A stretch of DNA of 64,000 nt, taken from assembly GCF_902713615.1 (NCBI RefSeq), contig NC_052157.1, positions 61,530,146-61,594,145 of the forward strand. The letters run 5' to 3'. How positions within the stretch are numbered: position 1 is the first letter of the stretch; each line of letters starts with the position of its first letter. The notes under the pieces were generated by a model, which saw nothing but the letters and a program-made list of their open reading frames with translations, was not told the DNA's origin and ran no database searches. The DNA is from Scyliorhinus canicula. Its lineage: Eukaryota. Both the position numbers and the translations under genes were made by a program. Below are positions 1 through 12,373 of the stretch, piece by piece.

Positions 1-54
1 AAGGCAGCTTTAAGAGCACTCCATGCTGCCACCACTGAGCAAAGGCAAAGCACA

Positions 55-1172
55 GTGGATCATGCGAAATGTAGAAAGCAGATTGCGCAGCTGCAATCCC
101 TGCTTTCTGTACAGAATGGGTTCCAAGAGACATTTGGAACCCAATTAGATGAAGAAAATGCCCCAGATTGGCAGGAATTAAGCGAAACCATGCACGTTAT
201 GTTCAGGGAACATGTCCGCCAGCAGCGCAACAGAAAAGGAAAGCGCCCCAACCCCCCACAGATCAGATAGCACCCGCACCTATGAACCCAGTCACCACCC
301 AAAGAAAGGCAAGCACAGAAGGCGCACCCGAGATCACCTACACCACCCCCTTAACCGTAACACAACTAAGGGACGCATGTGAGAAAATCACCCTGTTCCT
401 CCCCACTGCAGACCCCCACCAATTTTTCGCAAGAGTGAAACAACAGGCGGCCATGTATGGCCTGGATGAGCGAGAGCAGGTAAAGCTCACAGTGTTGAGT
501 TTAGACTCATCGATTATAGCAGCCCTCCCCGACCCACAGAACGTTGGAGGAGGCACATTAGAGGAGATGCATACATCTATTTTAGACACGACAGGGTACA
601 ACAGAGGAGACCCAGTCGAAGGCCTAAATAATTGTAGGCAGAAGAGGACAGAGCATCCCACAGCATTCGCAGGAAGGCTGTAGATTTATTTCACTGCCGT
701 TTTTGGCAATTTAGACCAAGCTCATTTAACCCACGATAATATGGTTAAATGGACCCGCACCATAATCTCCCATGCCACAGATGCAGAACAGAATGTCTGC
801 AGCAGTTATGACCCCTCAGAAGAGGCCCATAATGAAAAATGGGTTTCGAAAAGATTGTCCCGTGCTTGGGAACAATCCATCCAAGGCAAGGTTAAAGTTA
901 AGACCCCAGAAGAAGCTCAGGCTGCAGCAGATATACAGGCAGTAAGAGCACACCAAAACCCCGCATGGGTAAATGAAGGAAAGAACAGCCCCCCACAGAA
1001 GTCGCAGGAATGTTACAACTGCGGACATTTAGGACATTTTGCTAGGGAATACAACGCCCCACAGAGATCTCAGAGAGGCCAGCAGACAGGCACTCTGACC
1101 AGGAACAAAGCAAAGCCAATCCATAGTATAGGGATGCAGTCAGGACAGACCAATGTGGACGGAATGGACTGA
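55..1172 (+). pseudogene. gag: gag, disrupted, with one degenerate CCHC zinc knuckle
   Basis: ORFs 55-270, 168-683 and 741-1172. The knuckle CYNCGHLGHFAREY has its last Cys changed to Tyr. Ends in TGA in the same frame as pol. Confidence 0.8.
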
Positions 1173-4100
1173 CGGTGTTCGGGCTCCCCCACTTGGGTCT
1201 GTGACACCCCCTGGGACTGATCCGGAAGACCGGTGGTCACAGCAAAAATTAGAGGGAAGCCCATCGAATTACTTTGGGACACAGGAGGGTCCCGCACTAC
1301 CATTAATTCCTCCACTACACCACAAGCAGACACGTGGCCCACTACAGCTTCAATTACACTCAGCGGATTTACAGGTCACTCACAGCAGGGACACATTACA
1401 GCCCCTGTATCAATTCAGCTAGGGAACATCTCCACCAGACACCCCGTGGTGTTAGTTAATCTGCCCCGCACAGCAAAACACATACTGGGTATTGACTTCA
1501 TGAATGCCCACGGCCTGTCGTTCGATCCAGTAAATCAGTGTGTCTGGCGAATGGCAAAATCTGACAGAGCACCCGCAACTCTCACAGTAGGAGAGTACGC
1601 AAATAGGATTAGCGCTGTAGGCGACTATTGTTTTGACCCAACCACAGTTAGCACGGAAAAATAGGTTAGGGCAGTTTTGAACAGACACAGGACAGCATTT
1701 GCCAGTCACCGGCACGACTGCGGCAGAATGACTGGACAAGTTCAAGTTACTGGACCTGACCCGAGACCACAGAGACAGTACCGATTTCCCCTAGAAGCAG
1801 AGGGAGAAATTGGAAAGGTTATAGAGAGCTTATTAGAGCAGGGTGTACTTAGGACAGTAGCCTCAACTAATAATGCACCTATTTGGCCAGCGAGGAAGCC
1901 TGACGGATCATGGCGTCTGACCATAGATTATCGGGAACTCAACAAAGTAACCCCAGCAGTAGCCCCCACGGTAGCAACAAGTCCCGAGACCATGCTCAAA
2001 CAGGGACTCCACTCCAAATATTTCACGGTATTGGACATTAGCAACGGCTTCTGGTCAATCCCATTGGCAAAGGCGTGCCAGTACAAATTTGCCTTCACAT
2101 TTAAAGGACAGCAGTATACGTGGACATGCCTCCCACAAGGATTCCACAATTCCCCCTCCATTTGCCACCGACAGCTGGCAAATGGACTAGCAAAATTTTC
2201 CCGACCCGAATGTCTGGTACAGTATGTGGACGACCTATTACTGCAGACAGACACCAAGGCAAAGCACATCACGCTTCTGTCCAAACTCCTGGAACTATTG
2301 CAAAGTATTGGATGTAAAGTTAACCCCAGAAAGGCCCAAATATTGGAGAATCAGGTGATGTATTTGGGTACAGTCATCACGCACGGCAAATGAGAGATCG
2401 AATTCGAAAGAATTGACTCGATCATCAGATTGCCCCTTCCCCAGAATGTTTCAGCCCTCCGGTCGTTTTTAGGACTGGTTGGGTATTGTCGGAACCATAT
2501 CGATGGTTTTGCGACCAAGGCAGCCCCACTTTCAGACCTCCTTAAGAAAGGAGCCCCTTGGGAATGGCTTCCGCAGCATACAGAGGCTGTGGAAGAGTTA
2601 AAGAAAGCCCTCAGCGCAGCATCCGTGCTACAAGTTCCAGACCCACTCTCCCCCTATGCAATAGAGGTAGCTAGCACCGATCTGACCCTCTCGGCCGTGC
2701 TCCTTCAGGAATGGCACGAGCAACTACGACCAGAGGCTTATGCCTCCAGACTTTTAGACCCCGTAAAACAGGGATTTTCAGCCTGCGAGAGGCACCTACT
2801 AGCAGTATTTTGGGCAGTTCGGTACTTTTTGTACATTACTGGACTCAATCCCATCACCATTTTGACCGAACACACCCCCAGACAGTTACTTTTAGACGGT
2901 CGACTAAAGGACGGTTCAGTGAGCCAGATAAGAGCTGCTAGGTGGACACTACTGTTACAAGGATGGGACATAACAGTTAAACGGACCAGGACACACACAT
3001 TTTTAGCGGACAACCTACAGTATCTAGGACAACCCCATGAATGCGAGATAGTAGCACCCCTACACAACACAGGACCATTCATTGCCAAGACGCCCCCCAG
3101 GAAGATAGTGAATTCAAGCCAGAGCACCCAGTACACAGACACGTGTTCCCCCTTAAAGATATATTTGGACGGTTCATCCACAGTTTTAGATGGAGAACGC
3201 ATCACTGGATGTGGGATTTATGTGGAAGATGCGCAGGGACGCGCTTTAGAGGAGATATCTCTAAAATTACCAGGTCACTTAGGCGCGCAGGCAGCAGAGC
3301 TTGCGGCCATTGAATATATAGTGGACCACCCAGATTCGTTCCCCAGCCCAGCAGACATATATTCTGACAGTTTATATGTATGCAACAGCCTCACAGACTT
3401 TCTACCGCTGTGGAGGACAAGAGGTTTTGTCTCCGCGGACGGGAAGCCCCTTCCATCAGCCCCATTACTCCGCCATATCCTAGAGAAGGCAAAGGATAGG
3501 ACGTATGGCATTATCAAAGTTAGAAGCCACCATCGGTCATCCCCCCTGGAAATGTAAAAGCCGACGCACTGGCTAAAGCAGGTTCCAGGCGAGGTCATTT
3601 TTGGACACCCCCAGCTAGCGCACCAGCTAGCGCCCCTGTGAGTGCAGTTCAGGTCTCACAGACAGAAATAGAAGATTTAGTACAGGCACAGAAGCAGGAC
3701 GAAAATCTCCGGGAGATTTTAAAAGGAAACTTTGTGGCCCGTTCGATAAATTCAAACACGCTTTGACCACACATGAGGGTGTGATCATAAAAGACAAATT
3801 GTATGTGGTTCCTGAAAAGGACAGGAATCAAATGATTGCCTTATTCCATGATGGTCAGGGACACCAAGGGATCGACCGTACCACAACACACCTTAGACAA
3901 CTCTGTTGGTGGCCCAACTTAAGACAAGGTGTTACCCACTATATCGAGAATTGTTTAATTTGTGCACAGAATAACCCGGAGAGGTATTCAAAGAAGGCAC
4001 AACTCAGCCACACTCGCCCCGTTAATGGCCCCTGGACAAACCTCCAGATCGATTTTATAGGTCCATTGCCCCTTGCAGGAATGGCTATAAATATGTTCTG

Positions 4101-5603
4101 GTGGTCATAGATACCTTTACCAAATGGGTAGAGGCATTCCCTTCCCGCACCAACACAGCAAAGACAACTGCAAAGATCCTGACCCACCACATCTTTACGA
4201 GATGGGGACTCCCCAGAAGTATAGAATCAGATCAGGGATCTCATTTTACAGGACGGGTCATGAAGAACGTCCTGACCATATTCGGAATCAAACAGAACTT
4301 CCACATTGTGTATCACCCCCAGTCAAGCGGGATAGTGGAACGCATGAATCGGACTCTAAAATCGACCCTTAGAAAAATGGTACAGGAGAACAATTCGACT
4401 TGGGATTCAGTGCTCCCATTCGCTCTAATGTTCATAAGAAATACTGTTTCATCATCTACAGGTTTCACCCCACACACACTCATGACCGGACGCCCTATGA
4501 AAGGATCAGAATTCCTTTTAGGACTCTACACGACCAGCCCAGAAGTGACAGCCCTCACACACGAGAAAGCAGTTAAACAACTAGTTGAGACTGTAAGGTC
4601 TGCTCAGTTAGCAGCCGCAGTAAAATTGGGTAAAAGGAGGAAACAGAGCAAGGCCTGTTTCAACAAAAATGTCCACACCACAGAATTTCAGGTTGGGCAA
4701 CAAGTGATATTATCCATATATAACCCTAGCATGTTTTTGGCACCAAAAGTTTCCGGCCCGTACTCAATTTCGGACAAAATCAGCCCCTCAGTATATCGGA
4801 TAAAGTACCCCAACGGTAAGACTGCGTGGTTCCATATAAACCAGCTAAAGGCTTATGGAACACAGTCAAACCACTCACACCATGTCCTGCTAGATGCAGC
4901 AGAACACCTCGCCCCGCCCACAAGAGACACATTTCCACCCTCCCCCTCACAGACCAGTTCCTCATCGGACTCGACCTCGACTCCGCCCACTGACTTTAGG
5001 ACACGCCCCGGAACGCCCACAAGCTGCCACAGCAGAGACAGTGACAGTGACTGTGAGACTGAGGACAGCCACAGCACTCCACCCAACAGCCACCACTTCA
5101 GCGACTTCGACCCCAACTCCAGTGACCCCATGGAGATCACTTACATTAAAAATCCAGATCCACACCCAAACCCACCACCCAACACTGAAATGAAATGAAA
5201 ATGAAAATCGCTTATTGTCACGAGTAGGCTTCAATGAAGATACTGTGAAAAGCCCCTAGTCGCCACATTCCGGCGCCTGTCCGGGGAGGCTGGTACGGGA
5301 ATCGAACTGTGCTGCTGGCCTGCTTGGTCTGCTTTAAAAGCCAGCGATTTAGCTGAGTGAGCTAAACCAGCCCCTGACGACCCCGACAACGCTCCTTCAA
5401 TTTTAGACCCCACGATTTGGCACAGGGACAATTCTTGGAGACTTGTCCGCAATGACGAGAGTGACCCCCGGTCACACAATGCATAAATTACATGCCTGAT
5501 CCATACAAGGGTATGGGATCTGGGAGAAGAGGATGACTTGATGTCTGACTCCCGACACGGCAACCCCTTTGCGACCCTGTTCGCAGAGAATGAAGAGAAG
5601 TGA
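1173..5603 (+). pseudogene. pol: pol polyprotein: aspartic protease, RT, tether, RNase H, integrase with long C-terminal extension
   Basis: Protease LLWDTGGS. RT LPQGFHNSP and YVDD. Tether RSFLGLVGY...YASRLL...CERHLLAV. RNase H IYLDGSS...AQAAELAA...IYSDS. Integrase H-H-CxxC, QIDFIGP, ESDQGSHF, GIVERMN, GPY. After removing the SINE at 5187-5374 the frame continues to TGA at 5601-5603. Confidence 0.92.
5187..5374 (-). mobile_element. Short tRNA-derived SINE inserted in the integrase tail
   Basis: Minus-strand head ggggctggtttagctca...gttcgattccc (A/B boxes) and a (cattt)n tail. A near-identical copy lies at about 22682-22855. Confidence 0.85.
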
Positions 5604-5770
5604 GGTGTCCAGATGATGTAAAAAGAGGAACCGCTTGAGAGAAGCGCTGTCCTTTCTGATGGAACCTGCACGCATGTCGGTTATGTTTGAATGTTTGTAT
5701 GTTAAATGTTTGATATGGAGATTGGCCACTCAGTTTTCAGCTGAAAAGCGTGTGACCACCTCACATGCAC

Positions 5771-6182
5771 GGGGCAGCACGGTAGCATGGTGGTTAGCAT
5801 AAATGCTTCACAGCTCCTTGGTCCCAGGTTCGATTCCCGGCTGGGTCACTGTCTGTGTGGAGTCTGCACGTCCTCCCCGTGTGTGCGTGGGTTTCTTCCG
5901 GGTGCTCTGGTTTCCTCCCACAGTCCAAAGATGTGCGGGTTAGGTGGATTGGCCATGCTAAATTGCCCGTAGTGTCCTAAAAAGTAAGGTTGGGTGGGGT
6001 GGGGTGGGGGGGGGGGGGGGTGGGGGGGGGGGGGTGGGGGGGGGGGGGGGGGGTTGTTGGGTTACGGGTATAGGGTGGATACGTGGGTTTGAATAGGGTG
6101 ATCATTGCTCGGCACAATATCGAGGGCCGAAGGGCCTCTTCTGTGCTGTACTGTTTTATGTTCTATGTTCTATGTTCTATGT
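5771..6182 (+). mobile_element. V-SINE (HE1-like) with CR1-type 3' tail
   Basis: tRNA-like head, V-SINE core tgtgtggagtctgcac...ggtttcctcccacagtccaaag, and (ttctatg)n tail. Sister copies at 10647-11002, 42295-42660 and 31770-31955 (3' half). Confidence 0.9.
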
Positions 6183-6876
6183 TAGTTTGTCCGCCGATAT
6201 TTCTGAGAACTTGACTCAGCTGAAATGTCTGGAGCCCAGCTCAACGTTTCACCAGGAGCATCTTGGCTCCCCTTTTTTTTAGGTGCCCCTCTATTCTGGG
6301 AATAGAGGCTGCAATTCCACAATGACTATATTCTTGCCCGTTCATTTCAGGTTGCTCAGGCAGTGGAGAAACGGCATTGAGGACCCACCCTGTCTGAGGA
6401 CCACCCCTTTGGTCAGCTAAGCTCGGGTACAGCACAGCAACCCCTACCCGGAGATCCCATACAACTCTTTCCCGTCGCGGCCCAAACGCAACTGATTCGA
6501 CCTTTCTTATTTCTAAAGCTTGGTTTCATTTTGTTTAAGGTAGCCTTCGGCCGCCACTCCATATGCTATTTACATCCAGGAACATTTTGGGATGGTAAAT
6601 TGCAACACTCTGCGAGACGGCTCGCACTGGTTTAGTAGATAAGTATACGTCTGGTCCTAAATCCGTTTTTGAAAAAAAAATGAGGGAGTCACATGGAGGT
6701 GACCATCATAAAGGGAAAATTGGAACAAGAGGACAGATATACTTAAAGTCAAGATATTAAGCTGAACACTAACAGATAATACGCTTGATCCCTTAGCTTT
6801 CGGACGTTCGCGAGAGGAACCGAAGCAACAGCACAGCAAGATCCCAGGAAGGAAGAGCAGAGAAGAGACAGATAAG

Positions 6877-7233
6877 ATGAAGAGCACTCCAATTGCTATG
6901 TTTTTAGCTATTGTGGCATCTGTGTGGTTGCGCGTGGACGCGGACCCCCTTTCCCACAGTACAACGTTTGCTAACTTCTCCCAAACCCAGACCACCCCCA
7001 GCCCAGTCAATGGTAACAGTACCCCGACCTGGTGTACCAGATTTCTGACATGGTACTCCTTGTCGTATGTCATAGAATCACTTTTGGTGATTGCAGTTCT
7101 CTGTATTATAGTCCAAACCCTCAGGATGAGGAAATGGAGAAGGAGAGCCCACCGCTCTCGTGCCTCAACAGTGTACAGAGTACAATCACCCATTTTCAGA
7201 TTCCACCAATCCCCCCAACCCCTTGATGTGTAA
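6877..7233 (+). CDS. 118-aa putative type I membrane glycoprotein (accessory ORF of the retrovirus-like element)
   Basis: Signal-peptide-like MKSTPIAMFLAIVASVWLRVDA, S/T-rich ectodomain with NFS and NST sequons, hydrophobic YVIESLLVIAVLCIIV, polybasic RMRKWRRRAHRSR. AATAAA follows immediately after the stop. Confidence 0.65.
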   Translation: MKSTPIAMFLAIVASVWLRVDADPLSHSTTFANFSQTQTTPSPVNGNSTPTWCTRFLTWYSLSYVIESLLVIAVLCIIVQTLRMRKWRRRAHRSRASTVYRVQSPIFRFHQSPQPLDV

Positions 7234-7409
7234 TAAAGGATTTAATTTTGATATGATCTGTAAATAAAGACTTTGCGGATGTATTATAATGTTCTGAGTT
7301 CGACTGCCGAGTCAGAAATGAAATGTAATGATGCTGCTGTGTGAATGATTAAGGGATTAGAATGTTGTAGAATGTTTAAATATGAGATGAGAGTAGTTTA
7401 TTGAGATAG

Positions 7410-10400
7410 TTAAAATGTCCACGTCCAGCATTTCATCTGCCAGTGATTGTTGTGGCGGTCGTGGGTACGTCCTTGTTTCTTTGCACAGAAAGTTTTTAAG
7501 CTGCAGGTACCTGAATTAGTTACCACCAGTTAGGTGGAATCTTTCTGTCAGCTCATCCAGCGTTGTTATTCTACCGTCAGTTTGCAGATCCCTAACTGTC
7601 AGCATCCCCCCATCCTGCCTCCACCTTTCGAAGGGGGCATCTGTGAGCACTGCCATGACCCTGTGGTTGTTGAAGATGGGGGCCTTATCGGACATTTTGG
7701 TTACGCCAAATTGTTGTCGCAGTTGATTTTACGACTGGAATTTTGCCACAATCTTTGGGCTGGTTGATTGCTTCTTGGGTGGAGATGGGAGTTCCACCGT
7801 GGCTAGGGCCTGGAGGAAGCTCCTCCTCCATGAGCACCCACTCAACTTCCGGCTCCTTTATCCACCCCTTTATTCTTTCTGCTGTCGCTGCCCAGAGATT
7901 GTATCTTAGATTTGGGAGGACTAGTTCCCCATGGATTTTTATCTCAGTAGAGCCTTCTTTGGGATCCTTGCATTCTTCCTCCCCCCCACCACCCCTGGCT
8001 TGCCTCCACACGAACACCATAATTAGTTTGTCCTGTGAGTTGAAAAAAGCCTTGGGGATTTTTATCGGGATGGATCTAATGGATCTAAATGGGAAGAGGT
8101 AGATTGGCAGCACATTCATTTTTATCATCTGCACCCTCCCCGCTCGGGAGAATGGGAGTGTGTTTCACCTCTGCAGGCCCTTTTTAACTTTCTCTGTCAG
8201 ACTGGTCAGGTTCTATTTATGAACTCCCGTCCAGTCTTGAGCGAATTGAATCCCCAGGTAGCAGAATTTATGCCAGGTCCGTTTGAATGGCAATCCCACC
8301 AGCTCTGCCCCTCCTCTTGCAGGCTTACTGGGAAGATCTCGCTTTTGCTCATGTTGAGCTTGTCACCCAAGAAGGGTCCAAATTCTTTCAAGAGCGCAAT
8401 GATTCCTTCCATGCTGCTTTGAGGGTCCGTTATGTAATAATCTTTATTGTCACAAATAGACTTACATTAACACTGCAATGAAGGTACTGTGAAAAGCCCC
8501 TAGTCGCCACATTCCGGTGCCTGTAGAGGAGCAGGCCATCCGCATAGAGCAAGACTCTCTGCTCTCTGCCTCCTCTTCAGATCACCTTCCAATTTTTTGC
8601 CATGTTAAGGAATGGGTTAAGAGACATTCCAATTAAATGTCTCATTTATGTTAAGTATCCAATAATTGACACTGATATGTAAACAGCTTCAGGTGGCCTT
8701 TGAGGCATGTGATGTGGTCACAAAGCTTTTGTACAGAGTTGTGTTAAAGGAAAATAAAGGTGTTTGTGAGAAGGAGCAGAACTTTTGACTCTTTATACAA
8801 CAGCAGCTAAACGGCTAACATGCCACTCTGAATGCAATCGCTAATGGCTCTATCACAAATGCAAACAGCAGCAGGGATAGCAGGTATCCCTGTCTCGTGC
8901 CCTTGTGCAGCTGGAGATACTTCGAGCTGGTGGTGTTTGTTCGAATGCTCGCCATGAGGGCGTTATACAGGAGTTTTACTCAGGCGATGAATCCTGTTCC
9001 GAGCCCGAACCGCTTCATCTCGAAGGGCTTTTCTGCTTCCTGGGAGACGATCACCTCAGGTGTTCTCTCCCCGGATGGGGTCATGATCCCGTTTCACCTC
9101 GTGGAGAGCAGGTGAAAGTCCATCTGTAGTTTTTTTCTTTCCGCCAGGAGCTCTACGGTCAGAGCCTCGGAGTATCGCCAGTCCACCTCCGGTATGGAGT
9201 CAACTCGCTGTCACCTGGCCACCCTCTCTTTCCTGTCTCTTCTTGCTTTAAAAGCGATAATTTATCCCCTGATCAAAGCCTTCAGCGCCTCCAAGAACGT
9301 GAAGGGTGAGACCTCCCCGTTCTGGTTGTTCTTTATATATTCATTTGTGGCCTGTGATATTTTCTCACAAAAAGCTTTGTCAGCCAGTAAGCCTGTGTCC
9401 AACCTCCATGTGAGGTGTTGGGCACGGCCTGTCTCCAATCTCACATCCATGGAATGTGGAGTGTGCTCTGAGATTACGATTATGGAGTAGGCCGCCCTAA
9501 CCAGCCCTGGAAGCACCGATTTCCCCACCATAAAGAAGTCGATCCTTGAGTAAACATTATGCACTTGGGAGAAGAAGGAGAACTCTTTCTCCTCTGGGTG
9601 GGTGAATCGCCATGGGTCCACTGCCCCTATCTGCTCCATAAAAAGGCCAAGTTCCTTTGCCATGCTGGAGGTCTTTCCCATTTTGGGGTTCGACCTGTCC
9701 GTCCGTGGGTCCTGTATGCAGTTAAAACTCGCACCATGATCAGTTGGTGCATGTCTGTGTCGGGGATTTCTGTCATGGTCTTCTTTATAAACTCCGTGTC
9801 GTCCCAGTTGGGAGAATTAATGAGGACTACCGGTGCCCCGTCTAGGATACCGATGACCATGACGTACCGTCCCCCTGGGTCCGTTACCGCCTTTGCCACT
9901 GTGTACATCGTCCACTTATTAATTAGAGTGGTTACCCCACTGGCCCTCGTTCCGTAGCAGGAATGGTAGATCTGTCCCACCCAGCCCTTCCTTACCCAGT
10001 CGGTCCTTCTCCCTCAGGTGTTTCTCTTGGAGGAAGACTATGTCGGCTCTCATATTCCTCAGGTAGGTGAAGACTCTGGATCTTTTCACTGGGCCGTTAA
10101 GCCCCCTGACATTCCAGGTGAATATCCTGATGGGGGTTTTTTGTCCTTCCGCTCCTGTGGGATTACCCAGATTCGCTCAGTGGATGTGCCCCTGCACTCC
10201 AGGCTTTCCCTTTGTTAGGGGACCATCCAAAATGGCCGTGGTCACTGTTCTCCCCATGTGGTCGGGCCCCTGCAGTCCGGTGTCTCCTTTTGCCCAGGGA
10301 CCCTTCTAAGTGGTTGCTTAGCCCACGTGTGGCCTGCTGCAGCCAGTCTGCCATTTTTGATCTGTCCTTTCACCTTGCTGGGGGCACACCGCAGCCACTG

Positions 10401-12168
10401 TCCTTCACATGAGTCCTGGTGCTAGCTGTCTCGGTAGTGAGGTGGCTCCCCTCCCAGGAGTTACTGTGCTTGCCTCCCTCGCCCGTTGTCTGAAATTTTG
10501 CTCACTCTGTCCCCTCTCTTACACTGTACTTGTCCGGACGTCACTCACCTTTCCCTTTTTCGCTACCTTCGTTTTTCAGAACGAGGCCATGTTCTCCCAC
10601 GTAAAGCGGTCTCGTTGGTGCTGGTTTGATGTTGGTTACAGATTGTAGGGGGGTAGCAGGGTAGCATGGTGGTTAGCATAAATGCTTCACAGCTCCAGGG
10701 TCCCAGGTTCGATTCCCGGCTGGGTCACTGTCTGTGTGGAGTCTGCACGTCCTCCCCCTGTGTGCGTGGGTTTCCTCTGGGTGCTCCGGTTTCCTCCCAC
10801 AGTCCAAAGATGTGCGGGTTAGGTGGATTGGCCATGCTAAATTGCCCGTAGTGTCCTAATAAAAGTAAGGTTAAGGGGGGGGTTGTTGGGTTACGGGTAT
10901 AGGGTGGATACGTGGGTTTGAGTAGGGTGATCATGGCTCGGCACAACATTGAGGGCCGAAGGGCCTGTACTGTGCTGTACTGTTCTATGTTCTATGTTCT
11001 ATGAACGAGAGTTTCTTTTCTCTCCCCCCAATCTGCTGTCAGCACATTGCCGAGTTACCATCTAGCTCTGTTGGTTCCTCATCGTTTCCCCTGTTGCTGC
11101 TTTTCCAGCCCGCACTATACGACAAACTTATCCACCTCAGCGGGGACTGTAAAAAGTGTTCTTTGCCTTTGTATGTGACCCAGAGCTTGGCTGGGTACAG
11201 CATACCAAATCTTACATCACTCTTGTACAGCACGGCCTTTGCCTTGTTGAATTTAGCCCAGCGCTTGATTAGGTCAGCTCCAATATCCTGGTATATCCGG
11301 ATCCGGATCTGATGTCCTTCCCAGCTGCAGATTTTAGACCGTCTGACCCAGCACAGGATTCTCTCCCAGACTTAGCACCGGTGCATTTTCTCTATAATCG
11401 CCCTTGGCTGGTCCCCGGCTTTGGGCTTTTAGTTTGTGTGCCCTGTATATTTCTGGTGGGTTGGGAAAGGTGTCCCTTCCCACCAGGTTGCCAGCATTTG
11501 GGCCACATACTCTTTCGGCTCCCTACCTTCGATCACCTCCGTAGGCCCACGATTCGTAGGTTTGCCATCTCGACCGGTTCTCTTGGTCCTCGACCTTTCC
11601 TGTTGGGCTGTCCTGTGTCGCGATCAGCCTCGCCACCTCTTTTTGTAGGGCGACGATTCAGCCGTTCTGGTCCGTTGCGGCCCTTTCCAGTTCTGTGATC
11701 GTCACCTCCTGGGCCTCAAATCTCTTAACTGCTTCGTCCAAGGCGAGCTGCATGTGCGCCAGGGCTTTGGCTCCCGCGTCCTTCACCGCTGCCTGGATGT
11801 CCGATTTTGTCTCGTCCCTGTGCTCCCTTAGTGCACTCGAGAGGAACGCCGTCCAGCCATTCCCCACCCCGGTGAGGGAGGGCTTCGTGCGCGACTGGTC
11901 AGGCCCTCTCGTTCCGGTGAAGTTTGGGTTTCGCTGCCTCGTGCGCCGATCAGTTTGTCCGTTCGCTTCTGCTCCAGGCTCGTCTGACTCCTGGTCCCTG
12001 CTCGACCCCTGGATTGAGTTTTGCCCGACATCCATTCTTTTTTCTTTTGTCCCCTGTTGTCCTGTTCAAGCCGAGGGGATGAATTGCTCGGTTTTTAGGC
12101 ATTTTTCCAGGTTCACGGGAGGAGAGTCTCCTGATGTGCAAATTCTCAGCATATGGTCATCATCGGAA
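7410..12168 (-). mobile_element. L1/Tx1-clade LINE, decayed, internally deleted and 3'-truncated
   Basis: 5' end gacttccgatgatg at about 12168. ORF1 fragments (coiled coil 11658-12035; FGMLYPAKLWVTYKG 11039-11233). Endonuclease (9262-9980, YSRIDFF) and RT remnants (7685-8412). SINE insertions at 10647-11002 and about 8425-8523. Confidence 0.88.
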
Positions 12169-12373
12169 GTCTTGAAGCAAATTTCTGTTTATTCACTGCA
12201 GGATGTTGGATAAGATGTCCAATAATTAAAACAGTGGAGGAGTCAAGAGAGGTTGGGGGGGGGGGGGGGTAGAACTGGGTGTCGTTCAGTGTCAGTGGCG
12301 TGCAGAGGGGGGGGCCGACGGTGCATTGGCCCCGGGCATCCATTGGATGGGGGCATCCAATCAGAGAAGGAAA

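Larger units (their letters stand above)
1..7410 (+). mobile_element. Defective endogenous retrovirus-like element (gag-pro-RT-tether-RNaseH-IN plus small TM ORF). 5' LTR is outside the window; 3' LTR not seen, truncated by an L1 fragment at about 7410
   Basis: Collinear gag, protease, RT, two RNase H-like domains and integrase in retroviral order. Broken by in-frame stops (TGA 1218, TAG 1662, TGA 2391) and frameshifts (about 3545, 3700, 4090). Two SINE insertions. Confidence 0.9.

Noticed and set aside
5771-5850. tRNA genes at the many A-box/B-box sequences
   Set aside because: They are SINE heads continuing into V-SINE cores, with no complete cloverleaf.
5992-6055. Long G tract as a dedicated G-quadruplex element
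   Set aside because: It is an expanded version of the short G run present in every copy of this SINE; length may also be a sequencing artefact.
6325-6355. Possible splice acceptor (ttcttgcccgttcatttcag/g) for a subgenomic mRNA
   Set aside because: It is a plausible AG, but several short upstream ATGs lie between it and 6877, so it cannot be supported without transcripts.
6657-7193. 178-aa antisense ORF overlapping the TM ORF
   Set aside because: No recognisable motifs; probably the shadow of the plus-strand ORF.
6877-7233. Identification of the small TM ORF as a reovirus-type FAST fusogen
   Set aside because: FAST proteins lack a cleavable signal peptide and are usually N-myristoylated. 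Only the TM plus polybasic layout is shared, so it is left unassigned.
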